Shown here one piece after another: positions 1 to 9,801 of a DNA stretch of 64,000 nucleotides. This DNA comes from Verrucomicrobiota bacterium (GTDB taxonomy: Bacteria; Verrucomicrobiota; Verrucomicrobiia; Opitutales; Cerasicoccaceae). Below the pieces are notes generated by a model that had not been told where the DNA came from, made no database searches, and saw only the letters and a list, made by a program, of their open reading frames with translations. The stretch is taken from NCBI GenBank assembly GCA_039818205.1, contig JBCBUK010000017.1, positions 19,227-83,226 of the forward strand, written 5' to 3'. How positions within the stretch are numbered: position 1 is the stretch's first letter; each line of letters opens with the position of its first letter. A program made the position numbers and the translations under genes.

Positions 1-2663
1 ATGCCAGTGGCGAATCTTTCGTTCTTCACGATGGACCTCCGTTTACCAACGGGGATGTGCATATTGGCACTGCTCTAAATAAAATTTTGAAGGATTCCAT
101 CCTCCGCTACAAATCGATGCGGGGGTATCAAACCCCATATGTTGCCGGCTGGGATTGCCACGGTTTGCCCATTGAGCACAAGGTGAGCAAGGAACTGCGG
201 GAGAAGGGGGAAGACCTGGAACCCGCTCAATTGCGGGAGGCGTGTGCTGAATTTTCCGCTGGGTTTATTGAGACCCAGCGTAGCCAGTTCAAGCGTCTTG
301 GTGTTCTTGCCGATTGGTCAGAAGAGTACAAAACCATGAAGCCCGAGTATGAGGCCGACATCTTACGAACCTTTGCCTGCTTTGTTGAACAGGGCTTGGT
401 TTATCGGAGCAAGAAGCCGGTTTATTGGTCGATTCCATGTGAAACCGCCTTGGCAGAAGCCGAGATTGAGTATCAGGACCACGTAAGTCCCTCGATTTGG
501 GTTAAGTTCGAGATCAAGGGGCACCAGTTCCTGCATATCGATGGTCCACTTTACATCGTCATTTGGACAACGACACCTTGGACACTGCCCGCGAACCTCG
601 CAGTGGCCGTTCACCCGGATCTGGAGTACGTGGAAGTCCAGCATGGCGGTGAGACCTATCTCGTAGTCCACCAGCTGGCTGAAAACTTTATTGAGAATTG
701 CGGTCTCGAAGGGGCGACCATGGGTAATAAACATCCAGGGCGCTCTCTTGAAACCCTCCAGGCCGATCATCCATTCATCGACCGCAAGAGTCCGGTTGTT
801 TTGGCCGATTATGTCACGACGGAAGCCGGCACAGGCTGCGTTCATACGGCTCCTGGTCACGGTCTGGATGACTATTTGACCGGCCTGAAGTATGATCTCG
901 AGATCTACTGCCCGCTGGATGATCACGGTTGCTATGTCAATGATGGCCAAGTTCCTGCTGAGCTGGTTGGTGTGACCGTGCTAGAAACCAAGGGTAAGTG
1001 CCCCGCGAACATCGAGGTTCTCAAGATCCTCGAAGAGAAGGGGGCGCTCATGGCCAAGAAGCGCTACGAGCACCAATACCCGCATTGCTGGCGCTCGAAG
1101 ACTCCTGTGGTGTTCCGCGCAATGGATCAATGGTTCGTATCTCTCGATGCCCATCACATGCGGGAAAAAGTCCTCGAACAGATCGATCAAGTCCAATGGA
1201 CTCCCGAAGCCGGTATCAAACGCATTCGCGGAGCGGTTGAAAGTCGTCCCGATTGGTGCATCAGCCGTCAACGTTCCTGGGGTGTGCCGATCCCTGTCTT
1301 TTACGACGAAGACAAGAATCCACTCCTCAACAAGGATGTCATCTGTGCCTTGGCTGATAAGGTTGCCGAGCACGGGACGAATATCTGGTTTGAGCAATCG
1401 GCTGAAGAGTTGCTCAAAGGCATTATTCTGCCAGCTGAGTTTGGTGGAAAAACGCTCAAAAAGGGCGGAGATACCTTGGACGTCTGGATTGACTCCGGCT
1501 GCTCTCATCGGGCGGTGCTGCAGCGCAATGAGAAGTTACAATGGCCCGCAGATCTCTATTTGGAAGGAAGCGACCAACATCGCGGCTGGTTCCAGAGCTC
1601 GATCTGGACCGGTGTGATCGCCGACGGCAAGGCTCCCTACAAAAGTGTGATCACCCATGGTTTCATTGTGGATGAAAAGGGTGAGAAGATCTCGAAATCC
1701 AAGGGTGCGATGAGCTCCGATGGGTGGGTCAAAAAGTTCGGTGCCGACATCATGCGCCTCTGGGTCGCTTCCCAAGACTACCGCGGTGATATCCGCCTTT
1801 CGGAAAATCATTTTAAATTGGTCTCGAACGTCTATCGTGGCGTGCGCAACACCCTGATGTACCAATTGGGTAATTTGCACGATTTCGATCCTGCGACCAA
1901 CTCGGTCGATGTTGCGGAACTTACGCCGGTCGACCAGTGGGCATTGTCGCAAACGGCGGCCTACGTTGAGCGGGTTACGGATGCCCTGGACAAGTTTGAG
2001 TTTCACCGTGCGTATCAAGAGATTGACCGCTTTGTTGGAGTTACGCTGTCGCGGATTTATCATGCGATCCTCAAAGATCGTCTCTACACTTACGGGCCAG
2101 ACTGGAAGGAGCGTCGTTCCTCCCAAACCGCCATCCTTGCTATTTTTAAAGCCTTGGTGAAAACGATTGCTCCGGTTCTGACCTTTACTGCCGACGAAGC
2201 GTGGAGCTTCTTCGTTAGCGGTCAGGAGATCGCCGAAGATAGCATCCACCTGCAGGCTTGGCCGGTTAGCGACGATTTCGCATACGACGCCACGGTCGCT
2301 GGAGAAATCGATAAGATCATTAACTTCCGAGAGGAGCTGGTTAATTTGCCGCTCGAAAAACTCCGAGAGGAAAAGGTGATTGGTTCGAACCTGGACGCGA
2401 AGGTTGTCGTCAGTGGAAAAACCGACAATGAGCTCTTTGCTCTCTTGAACCGTTTCCAGGCAGATTTGCCGGAACTATTCATCGTCTCGCAGGTCACCCT
2501 GGAAACAAAAAGTGAGGGTGATCTAGAAGTTTCAGCCGCCCATGCGGACGGCGTTCGTTGTCCACGTTCCTGGCGCTGGGTGCCTGAGCTCGTCAGTGCT
2601 GGGGACTTCGGAGAAGTTTCCCCACGTGATCGGGAGGCATTGCTGACACTTAACCTGGTCTAA
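1..2663 (+). CDS. ileS: Isoleucine--tRNA ligase, 5'-truncated by the window edge
   Basis: Frame is open from the window start (FVLHDGPPFTNGDVHIGTA). Motifs GWDCHGLPIE, WTTTPWT, DWCISRQRSWG, EGSDQHRGWF, KISKS. Confidence 0.97.
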   Translation, partial: ASGESFVLHDGPPFTNGDVHIGTALNKILKDSILRYKSMRGYQTPYVAGWDCHGLPIEHKVSKELREKGEDLEPAQLREACAEFSAGFIETQRSQFKRLGVLADWSEEYKTMKPEYEADILRTFACFVEQGLVYRSKKPVYWSIPCETALAEAEIEYQDHVSPSIWVKFEIKGHQFLHIDGPLYIVIWTTTPWTLPANLAVAVHPDLEYVEVQHGGETYLVVHQLAENFIENCGLEGATMGNKHPGRSLETLQADHPFIDRKSPVVLADYVTTEAGTGCVHTAPGHGLDDYLTGLKYDLEIYCPLDDHGCYVNDGQVPAELVGVTVLETKGKCPANIEVLKILEEKGALMAKKRYEHQYPHCWRSKTPVVFRAMDQWFVSLDAHHMREKVLEQIDQVQWTPEAGIKRIRGAVESRPDWCISRQRSWGVPIPVFYDEDKNPLLNKDVICALADKVAEHGTNIWFEQSAEELLKGIILPAEFGGKTLKKGGDTLDVWIDSGCSHRAVLQRNEKLQWPADLYLEGSDQHRGWFQSSIWTGVIADGKAPYKSVITHGFIVDEKGEKISKSKGAMSSDGWVKKFGADIMRLWVASQDYRGDIRLSENHFKLVSNVYRGVRNTLMYQLGNLHDFDPATNSVDVAELTPVDQWALSQTAAYVERVTDALDKFEFHRAYQEIDRFVGVTLSRIYHAILKDRLYTYGPDWKERRSSQTAILAIFKALVKTIAPVLTFTADEAWSFFVSGQEIAEDSIHLQAWPVSDDFAYDATVAGEIDKIINFREELVNLPLEKLREEKVIGSNLDAKVVVSGKTDNELFALLNRFQADLPELFIVSQVTLETKSEGDLEVSAAHADGVRCPRSWRWVPELVSAGDFGEVSPRDREALLTLNLV

Positions 2664-2684
2664 TCTTTAACTAAAATAATTCAT

Positions 2685-3578
2685 ATGCCCGCGAAAAAGA
2701 AGACTGCGAAGAAAGCTACCAAGAAAACCGCTGCCAAGAAGACCGCCACGAAAAAGACGGCTTCCAAGGCCGCCAAAAGTGCGAAGAAAGCAGCGGCTGC
2801 AGCTCCTTCGAAACCGGCGGACGAAAAGACGAAGGCACTGGTTCTCGGAGCCCGTCGTCGCAGCAACACACCTTCCATGTTCAAGGTAAAGAAGGGCAAG
2901 ACCCCCGTGGTCTTCACCATGGAGGACGTTGCGCAAATTCTGGAGACCAAAAAGAACGAGCCAGAAGCACAACCGACGAAGAAGATTGCGAAGAAGGTAG
3001 CAGCCGAAAAACCAGCTGTTGATGAGGCGCAAATAGAAAACCGTGCGCATGCAGCCGCATCATTGGCCGATATTCTGGGCTTTAATCCCACGGAGACGCG
3101 CTCGGACAGCACCGCGCGCGGTCGTGAAGTGCCTCGCAAATGGCAGAAGCACTATAAGCTGCTGTTGGGCCTGCGCGATCACGTGACCGATGAACTGGAA
3201 CTCCACACTGCGGACACACTGAAGCGCTCTAATCGAGAAGACTCTGGTGACCTGTCGGGCTACGGTCAGCACATGGCCGATGCGGGTACTGATACCTTTG
3301 ATCGCGATTTCGCTCTCAGTCTGGTAGCCAACGAGCAGGAAGCGCTCTACGAGATTGAGGAGGCTATTCAGCGAATCTTTGATGGCACCTACGGCGTTTG
3401 CGAGCAGACCGAAGAGCCGATCGATAGTGAGCGCTTGTTGGCGGTTCCGTTTACCCGTTACTCGCTTGAAGGACAGCGCCAGATGGAACGTCAGCGTAAG
3501 CACAAAACTCAGCGCGGCGGGGTCTTCACGGACAACGATGACGATCTCTCCCTTGGTGGTGACGACGACGACAACTAA
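2685..3578 (+). CDS. DksA/TraR family transcription factor with Lys/Ala-rich N-terminal tail
   Basis: QHMADAGTD coiled-coil tip; ALYEIEEAIQRIFDGTYGVCE...IDSERLLAVP; sits between ileS and lspA. Confidence 0.88.
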   Translation: MPAKKKTAKKATKKTAAKKTATKKTASKAAKSAKKAAAAAPSKPADEKTKALVLGARRRSNTPSMFKVKKGKTPVVFTMEDVAQILETKKNEPEAQPTKKIAKKVAAEKPAVDEAQIENRAHAAASLADILGFNPTETRSDSTARGREVPRKWQKHYKLLLGLRDHVTDELELHTADTLKRSNREDSGDLSGYGQHMADAGTDTFDRDFALSLVANEQEALYEIEEAIQRIFDGTYGVCEQTEEPIDSERLLAVPFTRYSLEGQRQMERQRKHKTQRGGVFTDNDDDLSLGGDDDDN

Positions 3579-3586
3579 TTTATCGA

Positions 3587-4156
3587 ATGCGAGCGACCGT
3601 GAGTAATGCGCCGGGTCAGGACGTTGCCAGCGGCCGAGTTGAAGCTGATTACCGCCGCCTGTTTATTGTGGCGGTAATCGTCCTGATTCTTGATCAGGTG
3701 TCGAAGCTATGGATTGTCCGGGCGGTGCCGCCTGGAGCTAATCCCGTTGACGGCGGTTTGATTGAAGTCGTTCCCGGCTTTTTCTATATCATCCATGTGT
3801 ATAACACCGGAGCGGCCTGGGGCATGTTTGCCGGCTACTCGTATATCCTAGGGTTGTTGGGCTTCGTCGCCTTGGCTGGCATTTATTTCTTCCGAAAATA
3901 TTTTGAGTTGCACCGCTCGTTTGTGCAACTCGCCTTTGGACTCTTGATCGGTGGTATCATTGGGAACATGATCGACCGCTTCGCTTACGGCCATGTGGTC
4001 GATTTCCTAGACTTTCATTTGGGATCATACCGCTACCCGGCCTTCAATGTTGCTGATAGCGGCATTACCGTTGGCGTGGGCCTTTACATCGTCTGGACGG
4101 TTATTGAAGGCTTCCGATCGAAAAAGGAAGAAGTGGAGAAGACGGAAGCAGAATAA
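3587..4156 (+). CDS. lspA: Signal peptidase II (start may be GTG 3599)
   Basis: Motifs LDQVSK, NTGAAWG, GNMIDR, VVDF, PAFNVAD. Confidence 0.96.
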   Translation: MRATVSNAPGQDVASGRVEADYRRLFIVAVIVLILDQVSKLWIVRAVPPGANPVDGGLIEVVPGFFYIIHVYNTGAAWGMFAGYSYILGLLGFVALAGIYFFRKYFELHRSFVQLAFGLLIGGIIGNMIDRFAYGHVVDFLDFHLGSYRYPAFNVADSGITVGVGLYIVWTVIEGFRSKKEEVEKTEAE

Positions 4157-4287
4157 GCTTCGGGCCTCCTCGTTTGGGATCGAACGGTTCCGATCTGTGT
4201 GATGGTGTCCAAAAAATTGCGCAATGATTTGATAAATTGTGCGGTAAGCCTTGACTAACCGGTAGTGCTTTTAGTGTTACTTATAGC

Positions 4288-7200
4288 ATGGATAAGCTAC
4301 TTGCCGCTAATCGCAGCGAAATCGCCGTCCGTATATTCCGCAGTGCGACCGAGTTAGGACTCCGCACAGTTGCAGTTTATGCAGATGAAGACCGTTTCGG
4401 AGTCCACCGCTTTAAAGCTGACGAGTCTTATCTGGTTGGGGTTGGACGAGGGCCTGTAGCGGCCTACCTGGATATCGAAGGTATCGTCGCACTTGCTAAA
4501 GCGAAGGGCGTAAAATACATCCATCCAGGGTATGGTTTTCTATCGGAGAACGCCAATTTTGCCCGAGCCGTTGGCGATGCTGGGTTGACCTTTGTTGGCC
4601 CCCAGCCGGAGATGCTCGAGCGTATGGGCGACAAAGTCGAAGCCCGTAAAATTGCTGACGAGGCGGGTGTGCCCACCTTGCCGGGAACCAAGGATCCGAT
4701 TAAGGATTCCAAGAAGGCGATCGCCGCAGCGAAGAAGGTCGGGTTTCCACTGATTGTGAAAGCCGCCTTTGGTGGTGGTGGCCGCGGTATGCGGGTCGTA
4801 AAGAAAGAAGAAGACTTGATCCCCATGTTGCAGGAAGCGCAAAACGAAGCGCAGACGGCTTTCGGAAATCCGGCAGTATTTCTTGAGCGCTACGTGGGCC
4901 GTGCGAAACACCTTGAGGTTCAAATTTTAGGCGATAAGCATGGCAATGTGATGCACCTGCATGAGCGGGACTGCTCGGTTCAACGTCGCCACCAGAAAGT
5001 GGTGGAAGTCGCGCCATCAATCGATCTTCCTGAAGACACGCGCAAAGAATTGTGCGCGGCAGCGGTAAAGATCGCGCAGACCGTAAAATATGAGAATGCT
5101 GGGACCGTTGAATTCCTTTACGACCTTGATACCGATGAGTGGTTCTTCATTGAAATGAACCCGCGGATTCAAGTGGAGCACACGGTGACTGAAGTCATTA
5201 CCGGTATCGACATCGTGCGCTCACAGGTTCTGATCGCTCAAGGTAAGAAATTGACCGATCCGGAGCTTGGACTGCCAGCCCAGGATGAGGTGCCTCGCAA
5301 TGGTTACGCCATGCAGGCCCGGATTACCACCGAGGATCCGGAAAAGAATTTCGCTCCGGACTACGGTAAGATCGTAAACTATCGATCGGCCGCTGGTTTC
5401 GGTATTCGCTTGGACGGCGCGATGGGCGACACCGGTTCAGTCATCACTCCGTTTTACGATTCGCTTTTGGTAAAGCTCACCGCATCGGCTTCGAATTTCG
5501 ATGTCGCATGCCAACGGATGCGTCGCGCCTTGCAGGAGATGCGAATCCGTGGAGTGAAGACGAATATTCCGTTTATTGAGAACGTGATTAGCCACCCGGA
5601 ATTCGTATCGGGAATGGCGACCACGACCATGATTGACCGCTCTCCTGAGCTGTTTGAGTTTAAGGCGCGTCGTGACCGTGCGACCAAGTTGTTGAATCTG
5701 CTTGGCGATACCATCGTCAATGGTAATGAGCAGGTCAAAGGACGCCCCGTCCCGAAGATGGACCTGCCGGTGATTCGACCAGAGTATGACGGCAAAGCTG
5801 ACATCCCAAAAGGAACAAGGGACTACCTGCTCAAACATGGTGCGAAGAAGTTTGCCGAGTGGACAATGAAGCAGAAGCGTCTGCTGATAACCGACACGAC
5901 TTTCCGCGACGCCCACCAAAGCCTTTTGGCCGCCCGTGTGCGGACCTATGATATGCTTCAGGTCGCAGATGCGATGGCCCACCGGGCACCCGAATTATTC
6001 TCGATGGAAATGTGGGGTGGGGCGACCTTTGATACCTCGATGCGCTTCTTGAAGGAGGGGCCTTACAAACGCCTGCGCAAATTGCGTGAGCGCATTCCTA
6101 ATATCTGTTTCCAGATGCTTTTCCGCGGATCAAATGCGGTTGGCTATTCGACATATCCAGACAATGTCATCAAGGGCTTCATCAAGCATTCTGCCGAGGC
6201 TGGCATGGATATTTTCCGAATCTTTGATTCGCTGAATTACCTGCCGAACTTGAAGGTCGCGATGGAAACAGTTGCCTCTGACACTCATGCGGTCTGTGAG
6301 GGAACCTTGTGCTATACCGGGAACATCATGGACCCAAAGCGCGACAAGTATGACCTGAAATACTACGTCGATCTTGCCAAGGAACTCGAGAAGATGGGCG
6401 CGCACATGATCGCCATCAAGGACATGTCGGGACTGTGTCATCCATTGGCCGCGGAGAAGCTGGTTAAGACCTTAAAGCAAGAAGTAGGCATTCCAATTCA
6501 CTTCCACACGCATGATTCCAGCGGCATTGCAAGTGCCTCCGTTCTCAAAGCTGCGGAAGCTGGTGTCGACGTGGTCGACCTTGCGATTTCTTCGCTCTCT
6601 GGCCTGACGGCACAGCCTAATTTGAATTCTATCGTTTACTCATTGGCGGGATCGTCGCGAGACACCAAGCTCGATCAAGGCTTCCTTGATGAGTTGTCCA
6701 TTTACTGGGAAGCGGTGCGCCAATATTATGGACCCTTTGATACTTCGCCAAAGTTTGGCAGCGCGGAGGTCTATCAGCATGAGATGCCGGGAGGGCAATA
6801 CACGAACCTGCGCGAGCAGGCTGCTTCGCTGGGGCTGGGTTCGCGTTGGCCCGAGGTGGTTCGCTACTATGAAGAGGTCAATCAGCTCTTTGGCGACATC
6901 GTCAAGGTAACGCCAAGTTCAAAGGTTGTCGGTGATATGGCGATGTTCCTCCTGACCCGCGGCATCGAGCCGTCTGATTTGGTTAACTTGGAACCCGGTA
7001 GCCAGCCATTCCCGGCATCGGTTATCGATATGCTTTCCGGCGGTTTGGGACAACCCAAGGGCGGTTGGCCTAAGAAGGTCCAGAAGGTGGTGCTAGGGGA
7101 TCAAAAAGCCCGTAAGGGTCGCCCAGGTAGCTACGCCGAGAAAATTGACTTAGACAAGACCCTGAAAGCGGTCAAAAAGATCCGCGGGCCTGAGGCGGAT

Positions 7201-7728
7201 ACCGATGATCTTTACAGCTACCTGATGTATCCCGAGGTCTACAAACAGCTGGTTGATTATTTACAGGAGTTTGGTCACGCTCGCGTATTACCAACGCCGG
7301 CATTCTTTTATGGATTGAAAACGGGCCAAGAGATTTCGGTTGAGATCGAAGAAGGTAAAACGCTCTTTGTTAAGTTGATTTATGTGGGTGAGCCGAATGA
7401 AGAGGGCGTGCGCACCTTGACCTTCGAACTTAATGGCCGCCCGCGTGAAACCGTCGTTCGCGATAAGTCAGTGGCATCCGAGGCGGCCAGTCGCCAGCAA
7501 GCCGATCCATCCGATACCAAACAGATCGGTGCGCCGATTCCAGCAATGATTAGCAGTGTGTCCGCAACGGTGGGGCACAAGGTCAAGAAGGGAGACAAAC
7601 TCGTCGTCCTTGAGGCAATGAAAATGCAAAGCACAATCTATGCACCGTGTGCCGGCGTTATCGATGAAGTGACCGTGAAATCGGGTGATCGTGTTGAGGC
7701 CAAAGACCTTTTGGTCCGATTACGTTAA
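4288..7728 (+). CDS. pyc: Pyruvate carboxylase
   Basis: Biotin carboxylase (ANRSEIA, GGGGRG, ERDCSVQRR), carboxyltransferase (DTTFRDAHQS, HFHTHD) and biotinyl domain (EAMKM). Confidence 0.98.
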   Translation: MDKLLAANRSEIAVRIFRSATELGLRTVAVYADEDRFGVHRFKADESYLVGVGRGPVAAYLDIEGIVALAKAKGVKYIHPGYGFLSENANFARAVGDAGLTFVGPQPEMLERMGDKVEARKIADEAGVPTLPGTKDPIKDSKKAIAAAKKVGFPLIVKAAFGGGGRGMRVVKKEEDLIPMLQEAQNEAQTAFGNPAVFLERYVGRAKHLEVQILGDKHGNVMHLHERDCSVQRRHQKVVEVAPSIDLPEDTRKELCAAAVKIAQTVKYENAGTVEFLYDLDTDEWFFIEMNPRIQVEHTVTEVITGIDIVRSQVLIAQGKKLTDPELGLPAQDEVPRNGYAMQARITTEDPEKNFAPDYGKIVNYRSAAGFGIRLDGAMGDTGSVITPFYDSLLVKLTASASNFDVACQRMRRALQEMRIRGVKTNIPFIENVISHPEFVSGMATTTMIDRSPELFEFKARRDRATKLLNLLGDTIVNGNEQVKGRPVPKMDLPVIRPEYDGKADIPKGTRDYLLKHGAKKFAEWTMKQKRLLITDTTFRDAHQSLLAARVRTYDMLQVADAMAHRAPELFSMEMWGGATFDTSMRFLKEGPYKRLRKLRERIPNICFQMLFRGSNAVGYSTYPDNVIKGFIKHSAEAGMDIFRIFDSLNYLPNLKVAMETVASDTHAVCEGTLCYTGNIMDPKRDKYDLKYYVDLAKELEKMGAHMIAIKDMSGLCHPLAAEKLVKTLKQEVGIPIHFHTHDSSGIASASVLKAAEAGVDVVDLAISSLSGLTAQPNLNSIVYSLAGSSRDTKLDQGFLDELSIYWEAVRQYYGPFDTSPKFGSAEVYQHEMPGGQYTNLREQAASLGLGSRWPEVVRYYEEVNQLFGDIVKVTPSSKVVGDMAMFLLTRGIEPSDLVNLEPGSQPFPASVIDMLSGGLGQPKGGWPKKVQKVVLGDQKARKGRPGSYAEKIDLDKTLKAVKKIRGPEADTDDLYSYLMYPEVYKQLVDYLQEFGHARVLPTPAFFYGLKTGQEISVEIEEGKTLFVKLIYVGEPNEEGVRTLTFELNGRPRETVVRDKSVASEAASRQQADPSDTKQIGAPIPAMISSVSATVGHKVKKGDKLVVLEAMKMQSTIYAPCAGVIDEVTVKSGDRVEAKDLLVRLR

Positions 7729-7757
7729 TATCACGTTTCTCTAACTAGGTATTTACG

Positions 7758-7790
7758 AAAGCTGGTGGGTATAGACCCCACCAGCTTTTT
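7758..7790 (+). terminator. Intrinsic terminator after pyc
   Basis: AAAGCTGGTGGG-loop-CCCACCAGCTTT hairpin ending in a T run. Confidence 0.8.
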
Positions 7791-7855
7791 AGTATTTGTA
7801 AAATCAGTCCAAAGTCCACCGCTGGCGGTAGTGGTGGATTGTATTAGATTGGTAC

Positions 7856-7871
7856 ATGACGGCTTTGTCAT
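7856..7871. promoter_or_regulatory. CusR/HprR-type response regulator box
   Basis: Palindrome ATGAC-GGCTTT-GTCAT matches the ATGAC-N6-GTCAT core of the E. coli CusR box. It lies 82 bp upstream of the peroxidase ATG, and a CusR-like regulator is encoded just downstream of that gene. Confidence 0.6.
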
Positions 7872-7953
7872 ATAAACGAATACCACCTGTTCATGTTGTT
7901 GGTGATAAACCTATAGAATCTGAACCCTTGTGGTTACTCTAACGCAAAACACA

Positions 7954-9702
7954 ATGAACAAAAACTCTATCAAGATTATCCTGTTATCAGTGGGTGTTTC
8001 ACTACTGGTAAGCAGCAATGCCTCTGCCCAAAGGCAGGGCGATCAGCGTGATCGCTCTTCACGTGATCGATCGGGCTCTTCGCGCGAGCAATCGCGACCA
8101 TCTCAAGAGGGCAACCTCGGGACGGCAGTTTTCCCGGAAGAATACCGATCAATTGACGGTACGGGAAACAACATCGAAGAACCGATCTGGGGAAGTGCTC
8201 AAGATGCATTCTTGCGTCTGTTCGATGAAGACTACGCCGATGGAATTGAGGCGCCAAGTGGAGGCGATCGACCCAGCCCACGTGCGATCAGCAACGCGGT
8301 GGTGGCCCAAGATGGCGACACACCAAACTCAGCCAATGCCACTGACTACCTTTGGCAGTGGGGCCAGTTTCTCGATCACGACATTACCGAGACCCCGATT
8401 GTCGATCCACTCGAACCGTTGAATATTGCGGTGCCAGCTGGCGATCCATGGTTTGATCCATTTAATACGGGCGCGGTAGAAATTGCGCTCAATCGATCGT
8501 TTTACGTTTATGACAACGATGGTGTGCGCCAGCAGGTGAATCAAATCACCGCCTTTATTGATGCATCGAATGTCTATGGTTCCGACCATGAACGCGCCGA
8601 AGATCTGCGCGCGAATGACGGCTCCGGTCGTCTTCGGGTGAGCGAGGGCGATTATCTGCCCTATAACATCAATGAGCTTGAAAATGCGCCTTCACATGAT
8701 CCCAACTTCTATATCGCCGGTGATTTTAGGGCGAATGAGCAGGTTGGTTTGATTGCGATGCATACTTTGTTTGTCCGTGAGCACAACTACTGGGCAGACC
8801 GTTTCCGGAGCCAAAACCCTGATGCCGATGGCGATACGATCTATGAGATGGCCCGTGCTGTGGTCGCAGCAGAAATGCAGGTTATAACCTATCGCGAATT
8901 CTTGCCGATCGTTATTGGTCGCAACGCTATTCCGCGCTATGAAGGATACGATCCAAGCGTGGATCCGGGGATAGCGAACGCATTCGCGACGGCCGCCTAT
9001 CGTTTCGGGCATACGATGTTGTCCACCGAGCTCCTACGCATCGACGAGAATGGCAACACCATTGCGGAAGGAAATTTGTCCTTGGCTGATGCGTTCTTTA
9101 ATCCCGACGAATTTGCCGTGGCAGGTATGGAGCCGATTCTGCGGGGCCTTGGGGCACAGGTCGCCCAAGAGATTGATCCGATGCTAATTGATGATGTGCG
9201 GAACTTCCTGTTTGGCCCTCCAGGAGCGGGCGGATTCGATTTGGCTTCGCTCAACGTTCAGCGTGGTCGCGATCACGGTTTGCCTAGTTACAACGACGCT
9301 CGTGAAGCCCTTGGGCTCGGTCGTGTCGCCGATTTCTCGGAAGTAAGCTCGGACCCGGTTACAGCAGCAAATCTCGCTTCGGTCTACGCAAGCGTCGACG
9401 ACATCGACCTTTGGATCGGAGGGTTATCGGAAGACAAGGTTGACGGAGCGCTCGTCGGAGAAACCTGGCAGGCAATCTTAGCCGATCAGTTCCAGCGTCT
9501 ACGCGATGGTGATCGCTTCTGGTACGAGGGATACTTGCCGCCAGCATGGGTGGATATGGTCGAAGATCAAACGCTGTCTCGCATTGTTCGTCGGAACACC
9601 GAGATTGGACCAGAGTTATCCGATAATGTATTCGTTATAGAGCCGGAGCGCGACCGTCGCGACCGCGACCGGAATCGTGACGGCCGCCGGGAGCGGCGCT
9701 AA
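7954..9702 (+). CDS. Secreted heme peroxidase (peroxidase-cyclooxygenase superfamily)
   Basis: Signal peptide; motifs YRSIDGTGNN, WGQFLDHD, GDFRANE, AYRFGH, NVQRGRDHG, RDGDRFWYE. Confidence 0.93.
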   Translation: MNKNSIKIILLSVGVSLLVSSNASAQRQGDQRDRSSRDRSGSSREQSRPSQEGNLGTAVFPEEYRSIDGTGNNIEEPIWGSAQDAFLRLFDEDYADGIEAPSGGDRPSPRAISNAVVAQDGDTPNSANATDYLWQWGQFLDHDITETPIVDPLEPLNIAVPAGDPWFDPFNTGAVEIALNRSFYVYDNDGVRQQVNQITAFIDASNVYGSDHERAEDLRANDGSGRLRVSEGDYLPYNINELENAPSHDPNFYIAGDFRANEQVGLIAMHTLFVREHNYWADRFRSQNPDADGDTIYEMARAVVAAEMQVITYREFLPIVIGRNAIPRYEGYDPSVDPGIANAFATAAYRFGHTMLSTELLRIDENGNTIAEGNLSLADAFFNPDEFAVAGMEPILRGLGAQVAQEIDPMLIDDVRNFLFGPPGAGGFDLASLNVQRGRDHGLPSYNDAREALGLGRVADFSEVSSDPVTAANLASVYASVDDIDLWIGGLSEDKVDGALVGETWQAILADQFQRLRDGDRFWYEGYLPPAWVDMVEDQTLSRIVRRNTEIGPELSDNVFVIEPERDRRDRDRNRDGRRERR

Positions 9703-9726
9703 CTTTTGGTATACAGGATATTGCGA

Positions 9727-9757
9727 GAGCGCCCGGCAATGCCCGGGCGTTTTTTTT
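9727..9757 (+). terminator. Intrinsic terminator after the peroxidase gene
   Basis: GCGCCCGG-CAATGC-CCGGGCGT hairpin followed by a T run. Confidence 0.8.
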
Positions 9758-9801
9758 GCAACTTTTTGGTCCCACGTTGGTTAGAACCTTTGTTATTTAT
9801 C

